Below, piece after piece: positions 1 to 12,668 of a stretch of DNA of 64,000 nucleotides. The notes beneath the pieces are model-generated. The model worked only from the letters and a program-made list of their open reading frames with translations. It ran no database searches and was not told where the DNA came from. Each line of letters opens with the position of its first letter. The first letter of the stretch is position 1. The DNA lies in assembly GCF_006345805.1 (NCBI RefSeq), contig NC_042998.1:161696001-161760000 (forward strand), in the 5' to 3' direction. Source of the stretch: Octopus sinensis. Taxonomy: Eukaryota. A program made the position numbers and the translations under genes.

Positions 1-1685
1 TTCCTTAATGGATGATTAAATGTTTACAACTTAGATTGGAAACAATTAGTGCGAACATAGAATTTGTCTCTAATTAGCCTGATTTTATCAAGAGATCTAC
101 AATAGCCTGGATGGAATATTTTGTAATTAAACACTGAATACCGCACAAAGTCACTTGAATGAAATATCTTATTGACTTCAAGACGGTGATTTAGAAGTTG
201 ATTTAGTTGAATTATTTCTTCTTTTGTTTTGCTTCCGCTTCTCTTGCAGAGATCTAATCAATTTAATTTAGTTGTTACTTATAGGTGTGACAATATAGGG
301 ATAATGACATTTCAATGATTCCCTACTTCATTTTCACAAAACAAAGAGATTCTGGAATCTAATATATTTATTTGAAAAACTTTCTATTTTATGTTGTTTT
401 TTTTTTATTGTCTGCTGTTGTTACTCTTTCTTTCTTCTGATTATTTGTAGTTTTCTTTTACTTTGTTTAAGATACAGCATTATTTTGCTTTATACTGACA
501 ATGTTCTTATGTTTGTTTTTATTTTTGTCTATGTTCAGTCGTCACATAGTTGTTACATTTGTTTCTTTTCCATACAACTCTATTATTTCCTATTTTCATT
601 ATTCAATAAATACAAACTATAAGTAAATTGAAATATCTGCTGCAAACCAAGATTGAACTGCTTCTCACTTTCCTTTACAAATAAGTTTTAGACAAAGAGA
701 AAACACTTTACTTAGTTTAGTTTGTTTTTTCTATTACACCCTAATCATGTTTAACTTCCTACTCATTTTTTGTATTGTTCTTTTTTCCCCCTTTTACTTC
801 TTTTTACAATGTTTAAAGTAAACTTATACAAGAGGAAATCATCTTGTCAGATGCAATGTCTTTGTTGTTGCCTGATTTTTCTATTTGCTAATCAAAGCAC
901 ACTGTTTACAGATGCTGTTTCCCATAGCTTATGTTCTGAAAGAATAATGATCATCATCAAATGTCATCCAGCAAACACCTATTAAGTGGTAACTATCAAT
1001 GTAATGTGTCTCATCATGTCTTTAACACAAATGATAAAAACACCCAACTCACCAAAACAAAAAAACAACAAAAGCCAACAAGAAAAAAAAAACCCTGCTA
1101 ACAGACATGGGTGTCTTCCAACAATGGTAAAGTATGTTATGGTGGTATGTAGTCAGTCCATTTCAGGACATAACAGTTGCCGATCATGAGAAAAACTTCA
1201 ATTCTTGGAAACTGTTACAACCAACATTGCAAACATTATAGGTTTTAGCTTAATGATAGCCTTGTGCCAAAATAAAAGCCTCTATCTCACTCCTATTGAC
1301 CTGAGCTTTGTCAGATCCATGAGTCTTCTGTTCTTCCAATTATATGTCAGAACCCATATTCAAAATATCTGGCTGGAATCTGTTATGGGAAAGCAGTTTA
1401 CATAGTTTCTCATTTTTATTCTATATTGTGATGGTCTTAGGAACATTAGAAAACTCCCTGGACACATGTATATACACCGTTTTTTTGCTCTTTGCATACC
1501 AAATAAAATTCTCCTCTTGTTTCCATTCATTTTAGTTTTGTTGTTTACTACATACATACATATATATATATATATACATACATGTATATATATATATGTG
1601 TGTGTATACATGTATATATATGTATATGTGTGTGCATGCATAGATATGTACATGTATGTATATATATATGTATGTGTATATATGT

Positions 1686-1745
<60 letters not shown>

Positions 1746-1989
1746 TCTTTGGCCTGTCATTGCCCATTTTCTTTCCTGCAAACCTACAACCTTCAGACAT
1801 GTGTCATTTGGCCAATACAAAATGGCTACTCACTATAATCAAAAAAAAAAGAAGAAGAAAGAAGCATTTCCTGACTTGTGAACTAAGAAAATAACGAGAG
1901 ATAAATATACAAGAATACAAAAAACTTACTGAACATAAAAAAAAAATGGAAATAGCCAATTCTAAATCTAACTGTGAGGAATTGGTTCT

Positions 1990-2585
1990 CTTTCTAGTGT
2001 GTGCCTGTCAGTTGGTTTGTCTTTCTGTCTCTCTGTCTGTTTATCTGTTTGCATATTCTGCATGTCTATCTGTCTCTATAGTTATATAGAGACTGTTTGT
2101 CCATCTCTCTCTCTCTATATATATATATATGCTTCTTTCTTCCTGTGTCCCACCTCTCTTGCTTTTTGCTTGTCTGCCTGTCTCTTTGTGTGTCTTGTTT
2201 GTCTACCCTTTTTCTGTCTTTTTTTCTGAATATCTCTATATTTTATCTGTTTATCTGTCTCTATAGATATATGAAGACTGTCTGTCTATCTCTCCCTCCC
2301 TCTCCATATATATACCTCTTTCTTCCCTTTTCCCACCTCTCTCTCTCTCTCTTTGTCCATCTGCCTGTCTTTCTGTGTCTGTCTGTTTGTCTACCTTTTC
2401 TCTATCTATCTTTCTGACTGTCTCTGTTTCTTTTCTATATGCTGCTCTTTCTGTTTTGTCTCTTTCGGTTCTCTCTTTTTGTTTTTCTTTAGCTGTTTCT
2501 GTCTCTTTTGCTTACCCTCCTCTATATTTTTCTTCTGTCTGTAACTGTTTCTCCCAGCCTCTCTCACTCTCCACTCCCTCACCAT
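1990..2585. repeat. CT/GT-rich low-complexity tract with an internal ~180-bp tandem duplication
   Basis: Blocks 'tctgtctctatag..gagactgt..cccacctctct..gtctacc' occur twice (~2065-2240 and ~2255-2420). The overlapping ORFs are compositional. Confidence 0.7.
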
Positions 2586-5500
2586 ACAAAGACATGTGAT
2601 TTTTATCATTGTTTCATCTTGTTAAGTTTATGAATTTTGTTAATTGTTAAAGCTGTTAATCCTCATGTCTATTTAGTTAATTGGACACTGCAGAAATCAA
2701 CAACATAATGAAGCAACAAACAAGCATCAACAATAACAACAACAAACTTTCTAGCTTATAAAACAAACACAAAAAAAGACAGACATTATGACAATAGTTG
2801 TGATTGTGTTGATATTAGTAGTAATAAATAAGAAAAGAGGTCTTGGTGTTGGTGGTAATGCTGATAAAAAAATATATGGTTGTAATGGCAACCAACAAGC
2901 CATAACTAATTGATAAAGTAAAATTAATTCTGTGTTTACACCTTATGTGAAGTGATCATGCAAACATTTGAAAACATAACTATTATTTCCTTCCTTGTAA
3001 AATGGAATCAATTCAAATGAACAACCTTCTTTCTTTAGATTTCTTTATTTAAAATATCAACAAAATTTATTTAATGAAGAAGAAATGAAATTATTTAAAA
3101 TGTAAAAACAAACAAACATATACTTTTTTTTTTTTACTTTTCTCAATCTCATCTAAAGTAATACTTCCATTTTATATAACTTGTTAATTAAAATTAATGT
3201 TTCTGATGAATGTTTGTATTAGATAAAGTGCAATAGTATTGGGTAGGCATCACTATATTAAGTATCAGATGAAGTGCATGAGATAAATTACATTGCTGAT
3301 ATCTGAAGTACTTCAAAAAAAAAAAAAAATTAAGAAAATAAAGGTAAAAGAAAGAAGTAAATATTATCAAGCACATTTCAATACACAAAGTAAGCTTTGT
3401 CAAAAATTTTATTAACCATTGTCAAAATCTTCAACAAAGATATAAAGTAAAGGAATTTTTGAAACTGAATTTCATTTTACATTTTGGAATGAAAGCAATT
3501 AAAAGTGGATGGTAATAAGAATTAATTTCGATAGTGCCTCGTCAATATTTTTGGTGTTTTGTTGTTTATTTTAAATATTTGAAATGTTTTGCTGCTTCTT
3601 TTAATTTTTTTTATTTATTGTTTTTTTTTACATTTCTGCCCATTCTCTCAAAAACCTTGACAGGGCTAATTTGATAAGTTCAAAGTCAATTATAAAATGG
3701 GTGGGAATCTGGTGGAGAAGGTTTTCACAGAAGCCTTTATGGGAGTGGGATAGGGTGGAGAAAGAAAAGTAAAAACAATTTCAGATCATATTTTAGGAAT
3801 TATTTGTTATTTAAAAGAATAGAATTTAGTATTGGTATTTGTGTTTGAATGACAGTGGTGTGGGATCAAACTGTTATGATGCATGTGCCACAAGACATTT
3901 ATGTTGCAAAGAAATTGAAGGTTAGATACACATGTTCTTCAACTTAACTTAGTTTAACCTGGAAGAAATTTTCTTCCCTTTAATGGTAAATCGCCATCTG
4001 AAGCAAAACACATATTATTCATATGTGTGTGTGTGTTTATGTACATATGTATGTGTTTGTATTTATATATGTGTGTATATATAATATTAGAATTAGTTTT
4101 TGGGGTTCTTAACTACTTAGGCTATCAGTTAATTCTTGTTCCTCTATCTATACTTTGAATAATCAGTGTGATAAATAAGTGAGATAACATCAGGTTAACT
4201 TGTTGCTTCCATGTGCAATTACTTAAGGAACTTGATCCCATTCTTAAAGTACATCAGCTATTCATTACAGACAAGCTTTAGTCATATTCTTCAATCACTT
4301 CTTTATTTTTGTGGCAAGTAAAAAAGACATACCAATGTCTTTGCATTTACGAATGTATTTACAAGCTCTTTTTTTCCATCTGTTTTGTGATGATATGAAG
4401 TATACTTGATTGCATTGGCTTATTCTATTAATTCCCTAGAGATGAAAGGAAAAGTTGACCCTAGCAAGTGATAAATGGCTAACAGACTCCAAGCTATTAA
4501 AAGGAAAGCTAGTCTTTTGTAAATAATTTTTAATAATGTACCCTGAATATTTTAACAGAATCAATGATAAATATAGTAGTATTAGAAGAAAATAAATTAG
4601 ATTCCCTTTTTGAGTAAACAGTCATGTACCCTTATATCTTGTGTGGTCTGTATGATTACCTTGTTTGAATAAACATTTGTCAGCTGCATTATTTTAACGT
4701 CTTTCTTTGTGTTTTTCACATATATAAATAGATAAATAGTTAGACTTTGTATTTACTTTGTACATATCTGTCTTCTGCAAGTGACATGTAGTCCTAATAT
4801 GCTGCCTGGTTGAACATCACCACCTGGTTTTTGAATGCCTTAAGTGAAGTTCACTCTGCTGCAATTATTTGAACCAGATTCTAGCTCTGTTACCTGCTTA
4901 TATTTTTTTCTGTTAAACATTGAGATACCAGTGTATAGGCTGAGTTTTAACTCCATTATCTCTTTAATTTGGAAAGACTTGCATATGCTTTGGGTACTTC
5001 CTCATCCTCCCTATACAAAACTTATGTGAAAAGATGTGTTCACATTATATCCATGTATTCATATGCATGCATATATATATATATATATATATACCCAGAA
5101 ACATATCTGTTTTCCATATTATGTGAAAAGAGAGATTAAATGACTGAAATGTAATAACATCAACAATAATAAATTTGCTCCTCTCCTCTGAGATACTAAA
5201 TCTAGATTAAGACAAGTTAATTCCAAACTTCTAAACTAAAATATTTTCACCAGCCAAAGCTTTATAGACAAGGCAGAAATAATGGTCACTACATATTTTT
5301 CTTTATTGTAGTAAATGGGCAGATTGAATAAACCTATCAATGACAAACCTATAATGACTACTGGAAATAGGTGTAAGTCAAATTTACTACAATAAAGAAA
5401 AATATATCATGGCCACTATTTATGCCTTGTCTGTGAAAAAACCAGTATAACTGGAACACAACCATGGATTTACAATATAGAGTGGTGATGAGCTACAACT

Positions 5501-5731
5501 TCAGACCTTGCCACGAGAATATGCCGTTCTTTACTAATCTAGATAATATTGTTAGCCTGGTGTATTAACAGAGAACTAATAAAGTATTTCACTGGATTGA
5601 TAGTTTCTTACAAATAACTCTGAAATTGCCAGAGTTACTAAGTGATGCAGAAGAAACATGTGTAGGTCTATTTGAAACAGTATATATATATAAAGGAATT
5701 AAAGGTAACTCTATGCTACTTCGAAATAATC

Positions 5732-5808
<77 letters not shown>

Positions 5809-5930
5809 ATGTGTGTGTGTGTACATATATATAGATACATTTATTATGAAGCAGAATTAGTTTAAAATTGTAATCTGTGTATCGTGGCTATGGCAGATAC
5901 ATCTCTGAAAGCCTAATATCTAGTCTAATA

Positions 5931-5974
5931 TCTATAAAATTGAAGTTTTCTCTCTGTGTGTGTATGTGCGTGCT

Positions 5975-6008
<34 letters not shown>

Positions 6009-6620
6009 CATGTTTGTGTAAGTGTACAAAAATTTAATGTGCCTTAATAACTACTACATCTTTCATCCGATTTCTTTAAAATTTTAAACACATCTGCTTC
6101 ATATCCCAGACCCGAACATAGGCTACATAAAATTTTTTTTTTAAATCGATTTTTGGATCTCTAGAGCGATAGGAAACCAACAACAGATGATTCCTATTCA
6201 TTTGTATTAATCAGCTGTTTTATAATCTGTAGGATCTTCCATACTTTTTTCATCTTTTTATAAAATGTGAAAGGTTTTGTCTATTTATCTCCACTGTCCA
6301 CCAGTGACACTGATTAAACTGACAAGGAACGCTGAACACATACGTTTCCACAATTCACAACTGATTTTCACCAAACTTTACACACACATTACTTATGTCC
6401 CACGGATGGCCATGCACTAAACATTTTGCCCATTTTGGGCATAAATGGACAGTTTCCATACATTTTTAATCTTTTTATAAAAATGAAAGGATTTTGTCTA
6501 TTTATTTATTTATTTATTTCAACTGTCCACATGCCACAAATTGACTAGGAACACTGTACGCGATGAATATCCAGTTCCAAAAAATCTTAATCTCCATATT
6601 TAAACTGCATCAAACTTTGG
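5931..6620 (+). mobile_element. Helitron-like non-autonomous element (degenerate; 3' end uncertain)
   Basis: Starts a|TCTATAAAA, then (TG)n, then 'tttcatccgatttctttaaaatttt...aaatcgatt', the same layout as the element at 60723. Internal ~100-bp duplication at ~6240-6345 and ~6460-6565. Confidence 0.45.
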
Positions 6621-6889
6621 CAAGCTTTACCTATTCTGAGTTACTTGAAACGTGATGTTCCCTTCCCTCTCTTCTATTTGTTGATACCTTTGTTTACCTG
6701 CCAGCACATTGTTTCACTTTAAGGATGCTTATTTACATATCCATTATGATATTTCGACTGTTGTCCATTGTTTCAAATACATTTCAGCATTGTCAATCTA
6801 TCTTTTTCAAGAATTCTATTTTGAATCATTTTGAAATCTATTTTGTTTTTTTTTCCTAGTTAATTTTAGTTTGTTTTCAGATCCTTAAA

Positions 6890-7706
6890 ATAAAATGTCA
6901 AGTTAAGAAAAATGAGCATTTTCGATACCTCCTTCTTTTGGCTTTTAATCAAGGTTCTAAGGCCGCAAAAGCTGCCCGTGACATTTGTGCTTTGTATGGA
7001 GAGGGTGCCATAGCTGAAAGAACTGTTCGTGATTGGTAAGCCAAGTTCAAAAATGGAAATGTTAACCTCAAAGACAACATCGTTCTGGCCGTCTAGTTGA
7101 GTTCGCTGAAGAGCGATTAAACCAACTTTTGCACGAAAATTCTTGTCAAACTACAAGGGAACTGGCAGAGAAAGTGGAATGTTCCCACACTGCTATAGAG
7201 AAGCATCTTCATTCGATGGGAAAGGTTCAGAAGTATGGAGCATGAGTTCTGCATACTTTAAGTGACAACAACAAAAATCAATGAGCCACAATCTCCACTG
7301 GTTTGCTTGCTCATCACTGCTCAATTCATGGACACAAGCAATGAATTTTTTACTGAATCATTACTGGCGACGAACAATTGTGCCTGTACATCAATATGAA
7401 GCAATGTAAGGAATGGCTTAACTTCAGTAAACAAGTGACACCGCACGTTAAACAAGATCTTCATCCATGTAAAACAATGTTGTGCGTATGGTGGGACTGG
7501 GAAGGGATTATCCATTACGAATTGCTTGGAACTCTATGTTCAACAGATGGAATGACTCAACACGGCTATTCAAGAGAAGAAAAGACCTAATTGTCAGCAT
7601 GGAGTTCTTCTGCTGCACGACAACATTCACCCTAATATCGCCAATATGACCGAGGAAGCCATTCAAATGCCCTCTCCTGATTTGGCACCAATGGATTTCC
7701 ACCTCA
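6890..7706 (+). pseudogene. mariner (DD34D) transposase pseudogene, 3'-truncated
   Basis: Manual translation: (M)KCQVKKNEHFRYLLLLAFNQGSKAAKAARDICALYGEGAIAERTVRDW*AKFKNG ... IITGDEQLCLYINMKQ ... KTMLCVWWDWEGIIHYELL ... VLLLHDN ... SPDLAPMDFHL. Stops, frameshifts and deletions present. Confidence 0.93.
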
Positions 7707-7930
7707 CAATTGCACTGGGCTGGTCATGTCATCAGAATGAGTGACGAAAGAATACCGAAAGTCCTCATGTCCAAGAAGCTTTAGAGTGGGTACAGGAATG
7801 CTGATCGACCATGGCTCATATATAAGAACAAGCTAAAGAGCAACCTCTGAGAGATGAAGAAAGCTCACAACACTTTTGAGCGAACAGCCTTGGAATGAAC
7901 AAAATGGAGATTGTTGTGTCAAAATAGTAT
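7707..7930 (+). mobile_element. RTE-clade LINE 3' fragment abutting the mariner
   Basis: Encodes LHWAGHVIRMSDERIPKVLM...KNKLKSNL, typical of the RTE C-terminus. Confidence 0.7.
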
Positions 7931-8234
7931 TAAAAACTTTGTTGCAACTACCATAATCCTCATAGTTGCAACATCTGTGGCCTTCTTTGCAAATCGTTGG
8001 TGGACTTAAATGTCACATTCAACATAAGCATTATGACTGACATAGAAAGAGCCTCATACATCGAAACTGATGGGAGAGTCCATCATATATATATATATAT
8101 ACACACACACGCGCGCACGCACGCACACACACACGCACACACACACATATATGTATGCATATAGGTTTTGTACATCTTTAGATATCTATTTGAATGTCTA
8201 CAATATATCCATTTATCTGTCAAAATATATCAGT

Positions 8235-8617
8235 ACTCTTTACTCTTTTACTCTTTTACTTGTTTCAGTCATTTGACTGCGGCCATGCTGGAGCACCGGG
8301 ACTTATTCTTTTGTAAGCCCAGTACTTATTCTATCGGTCTCTTTGGCCGAACCGCTAAGTTACGGGTATGTAAACACACCAGCATCGGTTGTCAAGCAAT
8401 GCTAGTGGGACAAATACAGACACATAAACACACACACGCATATATATACCTATATACGACAGGCTTCTTTCAGTTTCCGTCTACCAAATCTACTCACAAG
8501 GCTTTGGTCGGCCCGAGGCTATAGTAGAAGACACTCGCCCAAGGTGGCACACAGTGGGACTGAACTCGGAACTATGTGGCTGGTAAACAAGCTACTTACC
8601 ACACAGCCACTCCTGCG
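8235..8617 (-). mobile_element. tRNA-derived SINE, family A (full length)
   Basis: Reverse complement has head gcaggagtggctgtgtggtaag...ttccgagttcagtcc, central (TA/TG)n, and tail ...ctccagcatggccgcagtcaaatgactgaaacaagtaaaagag. More than 12 copies in the window. Confidence 0.9.
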
Positions 8618-8699
8618 TATATGTGTGAATTTTTTTTTTAATATGTTAACCGATATATGTATTTCTCTGAACTTTTGTACAATCACACACACATATATA

Positions 8700-8890
8700 T
8701 ACAGTTCTATATTTAAGAGATGAGGAATTATGTACATCATTTACATTATTTACAATTGACGGATATTTGTCCTCATCCTGTTTGTTGTTAACACAATGTT
8801 TCAGCTAATGTACTTTCCAGCCCCTTCATCAGGTGTCTTGGGGAAATTTCGAACCTGGGTTCTCATTCCTAAGGTATTTTTCGATGTTAT
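8700..8890 (-). mobile_element. Penelope-like pseudo-LTR fragment carrying a hammerhead motif
   Basis: Lies directly 3' (element orientation) of the GIY-YIG remnant and contains the hammerhead at 8790-8837. Confidence 0.7.
8790..8837 (-). ncRNA. Minimal type-I hammerhead ribozyme, degenerate
   Basis: Reverse complement GACAC-CTGATGA-AGG-GGCTGG aaagtaca TTAGCT-GAAA-C-ATT-GTGTT. Stem I ACAC/GTGT; G16.2 mutated to A. Confidence 0.7.
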
Positions 8891-8895
8891 TATTA

Positions 8896-8961
<66 letters not shown>

Positions 8962-8962
<1 letters not shown>

Positions 8963-9372
8963 AATGTGCTGCTTATTTTCGTTTTCGTATTTTCCAGTGG
9001 TGTTCTCTGTCTATTATTTTAACTTCATCCCACAGGGGGAGGTGGTCTCCATTTTTTCATACATGATCAGCTATACACGATTTATCAATATCTCCCTGTG
9101 CCACAGCTTTGCAATGTTCCTCTCTCCTTATTTTGACGGGGTGGCACGTTTCGCCTTTGTATAACCTACCACAGTTGCATCGGAAGGAGTACACGCAGTT
9201 CTCAGTCATGTTCTCTTCTATTGGTGGTTTTACTCAAAGGAGATATTTGCTAAGTGTAGTATTACTTTTGAATACTGTCCTGATGTCATATGGGCTGCAT
9301 ATTTTTGTATCTTTTCGGAGAGGCCTTTCACATAGAGTAGACAGACTGTGGACAGTTTATCGGTTTCATCCT
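8962..9372 (-). pseudogene. Penelope-like element GIY-YIG endonuclease remnant
   Basis: Reverse-complement translation: ETDKLSTVCLLYVKGLSEKIQK / ...L*VKPPIEENMTENCVYSFRCNCGRLYKGETCHPVKIRREEHCKAVAQGDIDKSCIADHV*KNGDHLPLWDEVKIIDREHHWKIRKRK*. This shows the VYxIxC..Y(I/K)GET..R..EH signature. Confidence 0.9.
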
Positions 9373-9429
9373 CTCTTTTCTTCATAATTGGAGTGGATTC
9401 ATATACATACATACACACACACACACATA

Positions 9430-10395
9430 TGTGTGTGTGTGTGTTATTCTCTTTGTCCTGTCTTTTACTGTTTTTACTTGTATTGTTTTCACTGTCTTGT
9501 TTTGTTCTTACTGCCCTGTTCTTGTTACCACTTTTACCCCTCTTCAAAAAATCCCAAATTTTATTTTATTTGCTTTGCGGGAAGGACTGTTTCAATGAAG
9601 TTGCATATTGTCCTTATCTTCGAAATGCGGAGCAGATGAAACAGGGACAACTGAAGAAGGGGAATATTCCTTGTGTTGTATGTCTTGTACTTTGTGTTTT
9701 CTTTGTTTGAAAAAAAGTTTGTTTCCATGTTCTGCTTTTATATTTTCGTTTCTTATTGTGTTCAAGTTTTTTTATGTCCTCTACCCATATATGCATGTAT
9801 TTATACACATAGATTTAGGTATGTACATATATGTACGTATATATGCATATATTTATATATTATTTATATTGTTATATGATCGAACACCAATCATCCTTTT
9901 CCAAGTATGTTTTATCTTAATAATTATGATGCGCACTCTTAACTTTTACTAATTCTCCTCTGTCTATCTCTCTCCCTCTCTTGTTCTTCATCCTTTCTGG
10001 TTTTCTCTCCTGCCCTTCCCTATTCTTATCTCTGCTTCACTGTTCCCTCTCTCTTACTCCCCCTCCTCCTCCTCCACTCTCTCATCACTGACTCGTGATC
10101 AGAGGGAAGCCATCTTTCCAACTGCTATCTTCACCAAGATCAGTCCGCTTATCCTGTCTCTCTCATCATAAACTGTCTCAAGCGTTCAGAATAATTTTTC
10201 CATCATCTTGGCTTAACAGTCCTCATCGTTTGTTTTTACTGTGTTATTCTCTTTGTTCTGTCTTTTACTGTTTCTACTGTCTTGTTTTGTTCGTACTGTC
10301 CTGTTCTTGTTACCATTTTTACCCCTCTGCAAAAGATCCCAAATTTTATTTAATTTGCTTTACGGGAAGGACTGTTTCAACGAATTTTGATTTTC
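9430..10395. repeat. Direct repeat pair (~9430-9600 and ~10238-10390), probable Penelope pseudo-LTRs; third diverged copy at ~16670-16800
   Basis: Shared 'gtgttattctctttg..ctgttcttgttacca..tcccaaattttatt..gggaaggactgtttcaa'. Confidence 0.65.
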
Positions 10396-10427
10396 TGTTG
10401 AGTGACTTCTGGCCAACCCTGTATATA

Positions 10428-10469
<42 letters not shown>

Positions 10470-12288
10470 TGCATATATATATATATATACACACACACAT
10501 AAATAGATACTCACAAAATTAGTCCATAAAACAGCACTTAACACTCTATTAATAGTTAAATGTCTTCTTTCGTTAGAGAATTATTCATATATTTGATTAT
10601 GAATGTTCAGCTGCAAGAGGGGCACAGGCATAGCTGTGTGGTTAAAACCCCATAGATCTTGGTTTAATCCCACTACATAACTTTGGGTTGACCAATACCT
10701 CGTGCATAATTTTTTTTTTTTGCAGGGTGAAACTGTTCAGCATCCCATCATGCATATTCATACACACTCAGATACATATATACACATATATGAATGTGTA
10801 CGCACACATTTATATATGTATATGTCTGTGCATGCATGTTTATAGTAAAATGGCATAAGAACTGTAGCATTCAATCAGAAATGTCTATAGTATTTAAGTG
10901 TGGTTTTGGTTTGCTTGGAGTACATTGATAAGGTTCAGGCATTTATAAAAAGTGTTTTATTATCTATCAAAATGTTTACCATATTTCTTTCAGACAATAA
11001 TTGTAGGAAGTAGGTTTACATTCCACAAAACTTTATACATTTACATAGTTGCTGAAAGTGCAGGCAAACAACCTTTGGTATTCTGAGATGAAGGCATTCT
11101 ACTTACCATTTTTTCCTTTCTTTTGCCTTTACAATCTTTCCAGTTTTCCAATTTCATACGTACGTATACACATAGGATATATATATATATATATATATAT
11201 TTGTAGATAGATAGATGATAGATAGGTGTGTGTGTGTATGCACAAACATAAACACATATATTTATCCCCACACACATATTCGTGCATATGTATTTGAATG
11301 TACACACACATACCACACACCACATACACACATACAAAGAGAGATGCTCATACAACCACAAAGAAAAATGGATATTTATGACGAATTTATATTGTGTTTA
11401 TATACTAAGCTAATTTGAAAATGTAGTTAGAAAATTTGGAAATGTTCTTTTACTTTGCTTATGCCTGAAATTTTAGGCATACTGTACCATTAAAATATGA
11501 ATATTTCAGTATTATTATGTTTAAACAATTATTTCCAGTTTTATAGTTAGTTAGTTAGTTATTATATATTATATATTGTTAAATTGTCATGAATCCTTGT
11601 TGCTATTGAATAGTCAATTGTTTTTGTAAAAACAATTTATTTTTAAAAGGTCTTGCAACGACTTTAAATTTGTGTGCCAGTCAAGAATTACTGCTAATAC
11701 TACAAAAGAAAGGCAATCTTTATATCCATCTTAACATGGATGTATTGTGAGATAGCTGAACACTGCATTATTTACCTTGAAAGTATCTCTCATATCGATG
11801 CATGGTGCATAAAAGCATGCATATCTATATTGTTGGTTGAGGAGAATCTTCTGCCACAGGCAGTTACCAGATTTTGTGATTTCAATGTGTGCTTTTATAT
11901 ACCTTGCACCATCTTAGGGGTTTACTCAAGGTAAATAATGCATTATTTGGTTCTCTAACAAAATATCAACATTAAGTTGGATCTGTCATTAATAATTATT
12001 TTTAATAAGCCTGTTGGCTATTTGTGACCTCAGTGCCTGAATAGTCACTGAAATTCCATGTATTGCGGGCAGTGAGATTTGGCTGTATGAGGCTACCAGA
12101 TGTTCTGCTACTGAAGAAGCAGGGTACATCAAAATCACATGATCTAGCAGTTCTGACACCCATGGCAGTTGCTTGTCATCTGCCAGCAATACATGTGTGC
12201 CTTTAAGCACCATGCATCTAAATGAGAGGTAGACTCAAGGTAAATAATGCATTATTTGGTGCTCTAGCAATACATCTACATTAAGTTT

Positions 12289-12668
12289 CTCTTTTACTTG
12301 TTTCAGACATTTGACTACGGCCATGCTGGAGCACCACCTTTAGTTGAGCAAATCGACCCCAGCACTTATTCTTTGTAAGCCTAGTATTTATTCTATCAGT
12401 CTCTTTTGCCGAACACACCAGCATTGGTCGTCAAGCAATGTTGGGGGGAGAAACACAGACACACAAACATATACACACACACACACATATATATATACAT
12501 ATATACGACGGGCTTCTTTCAGTTTCCATCTACCAAATCCACTCACAAGACTTTGGTCGGCCTGAGGCTATAGTAGAAGACATTTGCCCAAGGTGCCATG
12601 CAGTGAGACTGAACCCGGAACCTTGTGGTTCGTAAGCAAGCTACTTACCACACATCCACTCCTATGCC
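12289..12668 (-). mobile_element. SINE family A
   Basis: Matches head and tail of the 8235 copy. Confidence 0.9.

Noticed and set aside
3858-4371. Small exon candidates (+ 3858-3922, and - strand ~4334-4380; also 250-284, - 11107 donor, - 44970 donor)
   Set aside because: Short, with weak acceptor or donor on one side, no recognisable homology and no consistent gene model.
4985-5020. LWVLPHPPY, resembling mariner WEVLPHPPYSPD
   Set aside because: Only ~7 residues match, and no flanking transposase or TIR similarity is visible.
9600-9680. Possible permuted (type II) hammerhead GAAA...CTGAAGA in the 9430-type repeat (also ~16750-16800)
   Set aside because: No stem I can be formed between the putative cleavage triplet and CTGANGA in either copy.
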